Shown: positions 12,401 through 25,300 of the stretch, piece after piece
Numbering within the stretch: position 1 is the stretch's first letter
Layout of the letters: every line of letters starts with the position of its first letter
NCBI GenBank assembly: GCA_002633005.1
Contig: NMRA01000319.1
Location: 103,546-167,545, forward strand
Length of the DNA: 64,000 nucleotides
Source: Phoronis australis
Taxonomy: Eukaryota > Animalia > Phoronida
Reading direction: 5' to 3'
Notes under the pieces: generated by a model
Told to the model about the DNA's origin: nothing
What the model saw: only the letters and a program-made list of their open reading frames with translations
Databases searched by the model: none
Translations under genes and position numbers: made by a program

Positions 12401-15400
12401 TCAGGCGATTTTGGTGATTCAAAAACTAATCTTGATCAGCATTTGTTGAAGAATTCAGAAATGCCATTGGTTTATGTTCAAATATGTTATAACTTAATTT
12501 TTGTTTTTAACAGCTCAGCCCAGTCAGGCGAGCTACTATCTTTTTGGAGATTAAAGCAATTATCAAACAAAATAAAGCTGGCCCTCTGCCAGAATGGAGT
12601 TAATCAGTCGTGCAAGATATTGGCTACAGGGGTCATCTTCCAAACTTGTTGTTGGGCTATAGAATGGAACAAGTTGGGATCAACAGGAAAACGGTATAAT
12701 GCAACGACAGACTATTTGACTGTGTACACACCAAGATTGTTTCTTTTCAAAACTTTCATATTACTTAGAGTAGTTACCAGAAATGAAGTATTTTTCTTTC
12801 TCCGTCACCGCTAGGTTCCCCTTCTGCTCACAAATATTTGCACCTTTGCGTAGAACCGTCGAGATCTCAGAGAAAACCTTCCACCATTTATCATTGGCAT
12901 CTTCTTGCAACATTTTGTTTTCCTAAAAACAGTGTTCTAATAATAAACGACTACAAAAATTGCAAAAAAGCACCCAGACACTCAATGACTAATGAAATCG
13001 GAATTAGTACATGAAGGTATTATGTCTCTGTTTTGCAAAAATCGTAGGACTAAACAATGGAAATTAAGTCCAAATGAAATTTTGCTTTTGGATACCATTA
13101 AGCATAAAGGTAGTCATGACTCTACCATCTCATCCCAAGATCACTCTCAAAGGTTTCAGATTCTGCACAGTTGTCTGATCTCTGTCATTTCAACCCGTCC
13201 CCTTGGCCAAAAAAATCAGAAAATGCATTTTAGGGCATTTCCAGAACCCATGTGCGACAACCACACCAAGCAGGGTCCATACCACAGTTCCCCAGGTCAT
13301 ATACATGTATTCCCGTCGGTTAACAAGCACAAACATGCGGTATACATAATGTGTTTTTTCTGAGAAGTTTAAGGTTAGTGTATTTTTTGTTACCATTTTA
13401 GCACTCATGCCTAAGTTAATGCACCTGAGGCACAGCTCAATATCGCCCTTTAAACACTCGAATTAAAAGAAATTAGTGGACCAATAAAGGGCTGGAGGAA
13501 AAGCAGGGAACATGGGGTTGGGGGACATCTGGAAAGGCAAAAATCAGGATGGGGGGAGATAGGAATGGGGAAATTGGTTGGGGAAAATAGGGAATGGGGA
13601 ATAAAGGCACTGGAGAACAGCAGATTGACCACATCAAGAGGCACAAAGCCACAACAATGAAAATCCATACATACTGTGTTGGTGAAGTCTTGAAATATAC
13701 TGGATATAGGTTGGAGACAGTAACATGGTGGTATATTATTGTTGTCACACTTAAACCATGTATCCAATACTGATACATCTTCTCCTTCAGTTCTCAGAGC
13801 ATCCTTCAGGCCTTCAAATTCAGATGCTGGTATCACGGCAGGGAATGGTCGATAGCCATACTTCTGGCCCACCAATGCCTTGCAAATTGAGTAAGAAAAC
13901 ATGAAAATAAATGTAACTGAAACACTCAAGGATACAATGAGAAAGGACAATAAACATCATGTTCTTTTAAATAACAAAAATTAAACGAAATTCTCAAAAT
14001 ACAGTCTTAAAATATTGAATACTCATACTTTGAATGATAATAAATTAATTGCGTCAAGTATCAATGCTGGCTTGAAATTATTGAGAGAGTCTTTAGCTCT
14101 ATTACACGCAAGTCATTCAGCTGATGCAGTGGCTTCAGACTTGCCCAAAACCTGGATTTCCTCACAAAAGAACAGAATTTACATAAAAGAGCAGAAAACT
14201 AAAGATTAGTACCTGGAGTTTGTTTCGTGAAAAGAGAGTTTTAAGTCATGACAGAAATTTGGTTTTATGCTTCACATAACAATTTCGGAAAAATAATTAA
14301 ATTTCATTTGAGCAAATGCGCAGACTCTGGAAATATACGCATAATTATTACTTACTGAGATAATTTCAAAAAACATCTCTAGACAGTGATGTACTAAATC
14401 TTTATTCAGCAAATTGTAAATTGAAAGTGCACAACCAAAGTTCTGTCTTAAGTCTTAAACCGCGATCATGAAATAGACGCCTGGCCATCAGGCTAACAAT
14501 TTGTGTACTCAATGCATCATTTAGTTTCAGATTTGAAAATTCTTGATATTGCTTCTTTTTAGTTTTTTTATTCAGATGGTTTGAAAACTTGCTTTGTTTA
14601 TTAATGCATATTCAAAATCTAAATATGATTTAAGGCTTAAAACAACCAGGTCATTTTGAGAACCAATCAGCAATACTTGTGCAAAAGCTCCCATAATCTA
14701 AAAAATGAACAGGTAACTATATTTCACAATCTAAGTGGTTGTACGTTAACTTATGAAATGGGTGGTTACCATGAATGAAGGGCCAATAGAAAGTCGTTTG
14801 CAGCTATCAATCTCCTGGAGGCAAACTGCAGACACCATGTGATCATCTTGAGCCTCGTGTCGGATGCCCCAGCGCATGTCAACCACCTGCAGAAAATAAA
14901 ATAATTTGTGACAACATAGCGATACATGATTCCCTGAAAATATATTTTGATTTGATGAACTTGAAGTCTCAATGAAGCCAGATATACATTGCAGAAGGAA
15001 GTCATTACTGAGAAAAAGTCATATGAGTGTATCAGATTTGCGATCATAACAGGCAATAGGTATTTAACAAAAAGAGCCCTGGATACCAATCATGTGGAGG
15101 TAGAACTAACTGCTATGGTCATTCATTCATTGAAACCCTCGCCACCCCGTGGTGGAAAGGACCTCTGTGACCGAGTGCCATCGAATCCTGTTGTTCGCTG
15201 TCTTATTTGCTGCATGTTGTATTTGGTTTCACGAAGTTCAGATTCCATTGCCCTCCAAGAGGTTTGCATTGGCCTGTCTGGTCGACGACTTCCCTGTGGG
15301 TTCCAGGACAGGGCTTGTCTAGTGATGCTTTTGTCAGGTTTTCTAAGGGTGCTATTGTGTTGCAGCAATAATGTATACACTATCAGAATGTGGATAACTT

Positions 15401-16457
15401 ACAGGTGTACCAGAAATGTAAATTATGTTTTGACCTTACTCCTGCATAAACAAAGGTTGATCTTCAACAGTTTTTAAAATTCCAAAAATACAGTTCCAAT
15501 AATAATTAATTTTGCCTTATAATAAAACTATGGCAAACTAACCTGAAACTCCAAATTATATTGATCCTTGCAAACTTGCTTCAGCTTTGGATAACAATGC
15601 TCCATCAAATAGTTTCTCTCGTACACAGTGTCTGAAACATTCAAGGAAGTAAACCATAGACATGGTGATCTTAATAGTCTGAACACAACTGTATTAGGCA
15701 GATTTTTCTAAGATACCGTTGTATGAGACCCAGTATGTATTGAAGATAAGAAAAAGTAATGACAGATAACTGAATGTGCTGCATCAGGTCAACACATAAA
15801 CATAATTACTATGATGATACAATATAGCAAGATCGCTGTTAATTATTTCGCTGCAGCAATGCCAAAGAGAGGCAGCACAGATCCACTGTGCCACCTATCA
15901 TTCTGATAGATGCCTCAACATATCTGCATACACACCCTTGAACAAACACCATTAAAAGCAGAAGCCCGTGAGATGGAGGATCTACCTAATACCTAACTGA
16001 CAAGGACCGTCAGCAGGCTCGTTTAAAGCTAAAATTGGCATCACAAGTCAATGCAATAGGTCCACAGGCACATTTGATCAGTCCTCAACTATATTTGAGG
16101 GCTGATAAAGGTACCTGCGATAGCTCAAACTTACAACACCCAAACTAAGAAACGAGGGGACGGTTTGGCTTTGAGCAGTTGGGAGTCGTATACATGTTCT
16201 GGCTTAAGTTATGGCAATGCTAAGCCTTGCCTCAACTCGTGGGTGACCCAGAACTGAAATAAGTGGGGACTGTAGCCCCCCGCCCATCCCCCCAATAGTG
16301 CGAAGCCCGTGCGACTATCTCACTTGGATACCGAGGCCTAGGCCTAGAGCTCACCAGTGAATGTTGAGCTCACGAAGATTCGAACAATTTTAGAGTCCAA
16401 CCGTGGCAGATCGCTCACGTCTCCAAATAGGATGGACTCGCGCTCTGTACTGTTCAT
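2765..16457 (-). CDS. NACHT domain- and WD40 repeat-containing protein (NWD1/NWD2-like STAND ATPase), 10 coding exons, ~1698 aa
   Basis: Hand-spliced GT-AG exons with all phases consistent: 16457-16355, 15631-15543, 14886-14770, 13878-13675, 12922-12778, 11106-10896, 9391-9168, 8893-8720, 7958-7819, 6454-2765 (5097 nt). The N-terminus KIVRIFVSSTFTDTVYERNYLME...FQVVDMRWG...LVGQKYGYRPFP is the hallmark DUF4062-like domain of NWD proteins. Walker A is GESGCGKT (exon 8) and Walker B is IVLFLDSLDQL, followed by PPVRRIPPLLW and YWYHRQF, then degenerate WD40 repeats. Confidence 0.93.
7269..7333. repeat. 20-bp tandem repeat x3 (CAAAYGGCCACTAGGTGGYR) in NWD intron 9
   Basis: Read directly: caaacggccactaggtggca caaatggccactaggtggtg caaacggccactaggtggtg caaaa. 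Confidence 0.9.
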
Positions 16458-16479
16458 CGCTGAATCAAATGTACAACTG

Positions 16480-16680
16480 GAGGAGAAAGTCTCATAGCCC
16501 GAGCGAAGTCAATCGCAGCTAGCCAGCGGAGCCGCATGCACCCAAGCACTGTTGACAGACATGCTTAACAACACTTCCGGATTTTACTTACAGTTGTCGT
16601 GAAGAGAAGCTAATCCGCCGGGGCGACGCACTCTCCGCCCAGACGCCCAGATCAGGCATCTCGTAAATTCACCAAAAACG
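16480..16680 (-). promoter_or_regulatory. Probable CpG-rich promoter/5' region of the NWD-like gene
   Basis: Locally CpG-rich just upstream of the ATG at 16457. Contains an ETS-type ACTTCCGG (~16573) and a GC-box-like CCGCCC (~16635). Inferred from motifs only. Confidence 0.45.
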
Positions 16681-16770
16681 ATGTGCAATAAAATACTGAG
16701 GAATACGGAGACCTCATTATCCTGTCACTGAGATGGAAGTTTATGATTTGTATGGGGTATAGGTGGATTT

Positions 16771-16935
16771 CATTGGTGGATTTAGGGGGGCCAAGGGAAC
16801 CATATCGATCCCCGCCCTCATAAAATTCTCCCAGATTTCATTTGGCAGTACGGGGGTGCGAATGTCTGACGGGAAAAATCCTGGTTAATACTCTGCCCTG
16901 GCCCCCCCTAACTCAAAATCATTGGTCCGCCCCTG
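16771..16935. mobile_element. MITE-like repeat, copy 1 (family also at 36975..37129)
   Basis: Imperfect inverted ends cattggtggattta ... ggtccgcccctg. The body is the reverse complement of 36975..37129 (shared catttggcagt, tctgacg, aaatcctgg, taatactctg, cctaactcaaaatc). Confidence 0.8.
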
Positions 16936-19900
16936 GATTTAGGGGGGTCCCAGCCCCCTCCCCCCCGGCCTTGGCTGCCGCAAGCAAAATGAAATAGCAC
17001 TGACAATATTAAAAGTGAAGAAATAATGAGCTCAGTGACTAGGACCGGCCGGTCCACCGACAGATTTTGTGAACAGAAGATAGAGGCCGGTCCCCGTAAT
17101 AACTTTTGGCCGCCTGCATGTCGTGAACACATCCACTAGCACAAGAAACTGTAGGAACACCGCATTTATCCACCTTCACTCTGACGGATCAGGCTTCTTC
17201 TTCTTGACGACCGGGGTTAGGACCAATCTTATTTAGTGGGACTGTTCATAGCATGTGTAGCCTGCATGGGCGGCGCAGCGCGCGCCTGCCGTGCGGCCTA
17301 GCATTGGTGGGGGGGTATAATCCCCCCAGCCCCCTATATGGTGCGCTGCGCCCATGCAGTGTGCACATACAATCGCGCCGTTTGCCCACTTGGCCATGCA
17401 ACGATCCGCCCCCTCCCCCCTTATCGGGTATCCTAGATCCGCCATCGTCTGCGTGGGGTAATGCGCCGTTGACTTGTGTTGCTGCTCAATACAGTTCAGC
17501 CCATAACCGACTAGCTGACCGACGGTCGTCTATATGACTGATACCGAAAACACCGTACGGCGTTTAGTTCCCGTTGTTCAATCCCCAACTTGTTCGATCG
17601 GATTCTATTGCCCAACAACAAGTTGGGAAGTTTACCCCTGTAGCCAATGTCTTACATGGCTGGTTAACTCCATTCTGGCATTTATGTTTGGATGGCCTGC
17701 TCTCTTTTGTTCCATAATTGCTCTACAGCTAATCGATTTCCAAGATCCTATCTATTCTGACTGGGCTGTGCTATTAAAAATAATAATTAAGTGGAAAATA
17801 TGTCTAGGATAACCAACCAACCTTATTTTTGCTCAAAATGACATGAAAAAAGGTTGCCTTCGCCTTTAAGTTAAATATGAGCATAACCCAATATAGTATT
17901 TCTGAAATCCTCGTCAAATGGTGATCATGTTTTGTTTTTGAATTGCCAAAATCTCCCAACTGTAATCGGGGTTACACTAATCTATTCTTTCCGAATGTAT
18001 TCACTCTGGGTTTGACGGTGTTCACGCGTGTTCTGGTAGACAAGTGGCCTGCCTGTTGTCACAACAGACAAAAGAGTGTGCTTGGCAGTTAACAAAGAAG
18101 CTAGATGTTATCACACGCTCAGAACCCCCTGCGTCTGGTAAAGTCAGTGAATGGGAAAACGCTGTCATGGCCATATTGTTTTAAAGTTTAATCGTATTGA
18201 CTGACGCGTTTCCCGGAAGAATGAAGGAGGCAATTCTTTTTGGGTTGAGACTTGCTCATCACCCTAAAGCCGCAGGTTTGGATGAGGAGACACGTTGGTC
18301 TTACGGCAGCCCTCTAGACGTTGCGTAATGATACGTCAGCTTTATGTATTATACTCGATGCTGAACGAAGCTCACGGTAGGTACCTGCCTCGGCGAGGCG
18401 CTGAGCTAAAACTTATGAAGCTGGGCACTCGCAAGTGCGCGCACAATCGAAGAGTAGGCCTACTGCGGCTACGCGTGGACTGTGGAATCGCGTGACTGAG
18501 CACTGGTATGTTACATTTATGTATACTTTACGACCGAACGCATTCACCGATTGGCAGGAGTCGGTAGGGTAATTCCAAACGATAAAATCCATTATCTTAT
18601 AAAGAGGCCTAGAGCACGATAAACAGACTAAATATGCAATACTGAAAGTGGTTCTTTGCCGCTGAAACAAAATTGAACCTCCTCACCAGGTATTTTTGGG
18701 GATTGTTAGTGAAGATTTTTAATTTCTGTTGATATCAAAGCATTTTCTTTTAGTTTCAAATTAAAAAGAACGACCTGTCAACTGCTCTCACTCCGTCGAT
18801 TCTTCTTCCACAAAGCATGTAAACGTATTTGGGATTGCAAGACATAGTCGCACATTTCTCTTGTATGGAAAATGTGACCTGTGACCTCAAGTGACTTTAA
18901 GCAACTGACTGTAAGCACATTTATGAGGAGTGGGAGGGAGATTAGACACTGTGGTAACCAAAGATTTTTTTCCTTCCCGTGCGTTTCAAAAATCCTGAAT
19001 TTTGTGATTTACTCTGAAAGTCTCCTCACAGGCGAAAGTGAATTACTCTGTATTAGACGTTGCGAGATGGCACTTTCGTCAGGATTAAGATATTGTTGAC
19101 GAGCTTTTCTGTTCCATGTCTCTTTAAAATCACACCAAACTAAAATCAAATATTTGATTCCACTTGTCAGTTCAGACATTTCTGTATGTATATGGCTACA
19201 TACATACAGCCATACGCATGTGTGTGCATGTTTGTACGTTTGTGTGTATGTACACGTATGTACACTGGACTTATACGTTCTCTCCATACACGCACAATCA
19301 CAATAATATTTTTTTAACTAAGTCTACACAGTCTATTCTGAAAATAACCTAAACAGCGTCATAAACAGTGGCGTCACGTACAATTTCGGGTACGTCTATC
19401 CATGCATCTATAGAAATTGATTGCACCGTTCACGAATGTTTCAACAGAGGGGCATTTTGTGTGAAACCAATGAGACACAATAACTGACATCTACGACGTC
19501 GATCAGATACGTACGTCGACGGGTTGGATGAAATAAGCGTAATACTTTTGCTTATAGATGCTGATGTCGTCGAATGCTGAACTTTTTTTCTTGCTAGCAG
19601 CAGCGACATTATTTTCACATCTCTGCTTGACAAGATGTAACACCAGAACGTGTAAGTTCAATTTGCCTTCTTAGATAAACAAGCGTATAGTACATTATAA
19701 CCTTATTGTCTGAAAATGACAGGGATGGTTGTCAAAAACATTATACACAGCTCAAATGTAAAGAAACTTGATTTTGATGTAGACTTTCAATTCACGCACA
19801 ATTTATGTACTGCCCTTTTTCCGATGACCTGTTGTTACAATGTAAATAAGTACAATGGTTTTGAAGCATGGCGACATCACGTTTGCATTTCGCTTGATGT

Positions 19901-20934
19901 CCACTTTCTTATATTTCATTTTAAAGCCCTTCACTTATATTTGGGTAGGTTTATAAATGTTCTGAATGTGTGTAGTGAAAATAGCATTCCAATACATGTA
20001 CATGTAGGTTCGTACGAATTACACAGGGACACTAGAATCTCAGTGTATTTATCCAAAATGTCGCAATATCCGTCAAGGACTTTTGTATTTCGCGCCATTG
20101 AAATTCCACGTTTTCTTTGTTAGTGTCACGTTATTTATATTTTTCCTCCGCTGCATTACTCTCTTCGTCTTTCCACTTCCAACGAAGTATTGCTGATGTG
20201 TTGTGCACTACAACTTCGAGGTGAGAAAGCTAGATAAACGTGTGACAAGTGGCTGTGAAAGCGTCTGTGGTATTAAGTTGTTCGCTTCCCCTACAGCAAT
20301 CAAAGACAAGAAACTGTGCCAGGGGGTGGATGAAGCAAATTCTTCAGGTTGATCGTGAACTAAACATATATACCTTTTCTTGAAGATACCTTTTTCTATT
20401 GTGGTACATTTAAATGATTTGATATTTCCACTGCCATACAGCTCGGCAGTTTCTGACATTATGGCTTTTGAACAAGTGCCTGACATTCCAAAAGGAGACA
20501 GGGAATACAATGCCCTTTTTTACCTCCGGGACAAAGGAGAGTTGTATCGCTGTATAATCCAGGACAGCCTTATTGAGTGGCGGTGTGGGTAGTGCTTGGT
20601 AGGTGGGGCCAGGTGTTCATTGTGAATGTGATCTGGACAACGTCAACATGTACTTGGAAGGCTAATAAAAAGTCAAGAAAAAACCAATGTATGTTTTATT
20701 CTTCAGGAAACTAAAAAGTACGCCTCTCCACAGATTCAATTTAAAGGGGCTGATTTTGACTGAACATTATTCACTGATTTGTCAAGTCACCGATTTGTAC
20801 AAATGCACCCGTTTAACACAACTCTACTAGGTATCCAGTGTTTTTCAGCGTCGTGGTTTTACAGCCCTCTGTAATTTATATACTGGCCGTGTGCACGCAT
20901 GGGTGACCTGCCTGAGTGTCCGGGCTGGTTTTTT

Positions 20935-20962
20935 AAATCTCGAGATTATAATCTCGAGATTT
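20935..20962. repeat. Perfect 28-bp palindrome AAATCTCGAGATTATAATCTCGAGATTT
   Basis: Equals its own reverse complement; it is made of two copies of the palindrome AATCTCGAGATT. Confidence 0.85.
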
Positions 20963-21480
20963 CCGTCTTCTGGAAATCCGTTTCATTGTAGTCTATACTA
21001 TAGATGCGCTAACACCAAAAAAACAAAGAAGAACCCAGATCTAATGCCTCTTGGCGCTTTCCGGGTTATGTATATTCATTGTATTCTGAAAATTTCGTAA
21101 TAAACTGTTGACTCGTCCCCGATAGGCCCGCGCCGTTTGATGGTTTCTGATATGTCAAGAGAAGGTTCGCTTGTTTTTCAAAATAAGTGAAAGTTTTATA
21201 AAAAGACTTTGGTGCAGTAAATTTTGTATTTTGTGAATTGTGTCCCCAAACTGGTATTCTGGCGCCCATGTAACGCATTTTCAGGAGCGCCCAGCGCGCC
21301 ACCTCCCCGCCACTGGTCCTATTGTTTCTCTCATGTGCAATATCAAAATTGTCAACAACCTTATCATTGACTTGTAATAAAATCATTCCGATATAGGCTT
21401 TGATATTTCTTGAAATACGTGAGGACATGTCGGTTTGACTGAAAGACCCGTTTTAGCTCCTGACCTATGCTTCGATAGAG

Positions 21481-21675
21481 AAGGCAGCATGGCCTTGTGG
21501 GGTAAGCGCCTGTATCCTACATTCAAGGTCGTGGGTTCCAGTCCCAATGGGACACACTGCTAGACATTTGAGTCAGGTTTGTTGCTTACTGACTCGATTT
21601 CAACTATACATTAAAAAGCATCATAATAGTTCCAGGTGGTCAGTGCATAGTCCGACCTGAGCGGCCTGCGCACGT
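21481..21675 (+). mobile_element. tRNA-derived SINE, copy 1
   Basis: A-box-like TGGCCTTGTGG and B-box-like GGTTCCAGTCC, then a body (gggacacac..ttgagtcaggt..ttccaggtg.tcagtgcat..gcggcct.cgcacg) shared with 54771..54965. Confidence 0.8.
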
Positions 21676-22358
21676 CGGTACAACGTGCACTATACGGCTC
21701 GCAATTTTTTTATGGTCCTTTATTAAAAACGGCAAATTATATTTCAAATAAAGGTACATCGTCAAGTTTTCTGCATTCTGATTAGACCGGTTATTTATTT
21801 CATGATAAGCATGTGTGCGTTGTGTCTTTAATACGAAGTGAATTGCGAATTACCGGTATTTGTTTTCTCAAAATTTAAATGACCTGGTCCGTTTGCATTT
21901 ATCTTTGATGCAGTCCACCGTAATTTGAAGGCTGTACCGAAAAATAGGTTTTTGGTATCTGCTTCAGACCCTAAAAATGGTTTGCATTTGACGGACTGTG
22001 ACGTCATCATAATTGCTTTTCCAAATCATGGCGTCTTTAGTGTACCCATTGAATTGTACATGTAGGTCACGTCGGAATCGTCTGTAGCGCTATTGAGATA
22101 TGTGGCCTTGTCATATACTCGAATACTGGGCAACACCGATCTCTTTTCAAGAACCAGCTGTTAACCAGATTTATCGAAGCGAAACAACAGTTACATAATT
22201 CAACTGCAAGCCAGTTAGAAAGCGAAATATTTTGGACAATTCGTTGTAGTTGTTCCTTTCCTCTATATTAGCCATTAATCTTGCACACGGAAATCGTTGA
22301 TGTCTCTTTAGAAATTCCCCGGCACACGGCCCCATTTGTATACTTGATCGCATTTCAG

Positions 22359-25300
22359 TTTACATGGACAAACATGACTGTGCCGTGTACCACAAGGAAA
22401 GTATTCCCATGTTCCATGACGACATAGTGCTGATAAGATCACACAGAGACGGGGAAAGTGTAGAGCAAAATGCAACCTACTGCGTCTTTAGATACGTCGT
22501 CAACACGAAACCAACTCACGTGCTACGAAAGCGTCATATTTCGCTTTTTCCTCACTTCCACGGAAGGAGCTACAACCGCCGACGTGGTTATTATAACCGC
22601 AGAAACCAAGGCTCGTACAAGAAAATACCGGATGGAAAGATACGTGTTCTAGTCCAGAAGTTCACGTGCACGCGAACTGGATTTACGCTGAGTTTTCTCG
22701 ACGTATCACTGACATCGACTCCAAAGGAAAATGAGGTAAGTCAACCAGCACCTTCAACACGTGGACACAAGATCTAATTTAAAACCTCCTACTTTGCAAC
22801 TTAATTGATTTTTTTCTTCATTTTCTTCTCTTCTTCCCTAACCACGTCAAAAGCAGAGTCTCTGATTATAAGCTTGATATGGCGTAAATGAAGGTTTACG
22901 CAGAAACATTGGTATGCAATTCATGACCCCCTTGACCTAAACATTCGAACTCGAACTTGAGATTTTGAATTCAGACTCTCCACCAAGAGCTTTAACGCTG
23001 GGGTCACGAATTGCAAAGTTTGGATTCAAGATTCATGTGTAAGAATCGTAATTACACTCAGTTACGCAATCCGGTACTTCGTACTCGAGTAAAATGCCAA
23101 ATTAATTCAGAATTCCAATTTCGAGATTATGGCTGCGGTCCTGGTGTTCAACCCCGGAAAAAATTATGACCTCGTTAGGTCACCTCCGTCTCAAACGATG
23201 CTGCATGGGCTGCATTACGGCCTGCATGGGTGTTCTTATAAACAGCTTCCTTTTATGATCGACACAAGTCTTTTCCTCACGAGCTGTAGTTCTTTTTCGT
23301 ATGCCGCAGTTCATTTCTTACGAACAAAATCTCTTCTCGTTTGTAGCGAGATGATTGTGTTATATGTACATATAGCGTAAAGCACGTACAACTCATGTCT
23401 CTCAGTCTTAATAAGAAATAATTTTACTCTGAAAAGAGCCGATCGAGGACAGAATTGTGATTGATTAAATAAAGACAAAAGCTAACAAAGATCGAACTGA
23501 GTTACAGTTAAGGATAAGAACGAGGGGGGTTGTGTGCCCTTCGCTTTCTTGCTCACCATTATTTTTCCATTTGGTTACCAAGCGGAAATACTCAAGAACG
23601 GAAAAAGATTTCCGTAATATCACCGCCCTACACTTTTTTAAATCACTGAACTTCTACGATTATTTTGAGTATTCTCATTTGTTTATTTTTTGAAGATTCA
23701 GTGTGCAGGCACCATGTACAATATGGAACTGTGTTTTTAGTAAACCTCAACTAAATCAACAAAATTGTTGTCATAGTAACGCTTGCGTAATATATCGTTG
23801 TTAAGCTGGTTCCTTTTCCACTCCATTAGCGCCAAAGACTGACAAAAGGCTCCATCGCTCCCCCAGAATACACCACGAGAACTAACCGACTTGCGATAGT
23901 GATGACCCGCACTGACACCAGCACCGATGGAAGTTACGAGTTTGAAATAACGCTAATCCCTGTTGTTAACGGTAATTGCATGGATGGCAACAAATTCTAA
24001 TATTCTAATGGTAGTGGCGGTGAACAGATGGAACCGTGGTGGTTGCCAATATTCCTGCAAACTACATGGACTGTTTCAAACATATAAAACATGACCTGCC
24101 ACCCTGTTCGCTAACAAGTTACCTAGAAACCTTGAGTTTTACGGATGGGTGGAAACCAACGATTGCGCACCCCACGGTTGATATTTGTGAGATATCAAAA
24201 TACCCGCTACTAAGGCTTTTATGCATCTGCTTGGGTGGCTCAACCATACCTAATAATTGTGCCTACAACGCTTCCATCTAGCTTTAAAACGTCTACTGTA
24301 TGTCTCAATACATCTCATTCCTCCACCAAGACGTCCAAGTGCTGTTGTGATAACGAAAATTAGAGGTAAGTAGGCGCCCAAAGCCCACCGTATCACCTTG
24401 ATTACTGAACCTAACTTACGGTGCGTAGGCGCTACGTTCAAATCCCAAAATGTGGTTGTCTGCGCCTACGTGCGCCTACGCCCCACTACAGCACTGCGTC
24501 AACTCTCTCATGCAACTCCTCAATTTGACATGAATCAATGTATTTTATTGGAAATAAGACTTGCGTTGTCTAGAGTTTTTGAACTATTGTGTATTTATAG
24601 GTGGTCACCAATTTTTGACATCGTACCCAAACACGGTGACGGCTACCTTACTGATGTTCCTCTGCTGCCAGTAGATGGATCTTATGACGCATGCGTGGTG
24701 GAGCATATACGGTATACGTCGATGAGTGAGGACTCAAGGCTAGAAGTTTGAGTCGCAGACACTATATGTAGTCAACGATTGGCTGTTATTTTGTGTTAGT
24801 CTTGTGACAGACACTTCGTATTACTGTAGGGCCTATATCTGTAGTATAATGGGCTTACATAGTTTTGTGTGCTGTTATTCTTCTCAAACGATCGTCTTAT
24901 CTTCTCGACGACTATACTTGATTTACTATCACACACAGCAACATAATATTGGTTTGTAAACCAGAAGCCATAACCAGTAACCAATTTGATGTCTCTACCC
25001 GTTATTTGTCTCCTTTACACTTACATTCTCATTGTCCGCATGCACTGCGCTGGTGTTGGTTCACTGGCTGCTACTAGTCGGTAAACCAACCCGCCCTTAA
25101 GAGCTTAATATTGGCTATGGCTACACTTGGTTGACTTAGGGGAGTTCTAGCGGGTCAACCGGCTAAGACATCTGATTGGTTCTCGATGACGAGTTCTGAC
25201 TTACAAACCAATCAGATGGCTTAGCCGGCTGACGGCGGAACTGGCAAGGTCGTTGCAGCCGAACAAATGCCGCCATAGTAAATTAAGCGACGCCTATCAG

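Noticed and set aside
19430-20592. Candidate first (signal-peptide) exons for the receptor gene
   Set aside because: No ATG-initiated hydrophobic segment ending in a phase-1 donor could be identified with confidence.
21481-21560. tRNA gene
   Set aside because: A and B boxes are present but there is no convincing cloverleaf. It continues into a body shared with 54771..54965, so it is a SINE head.
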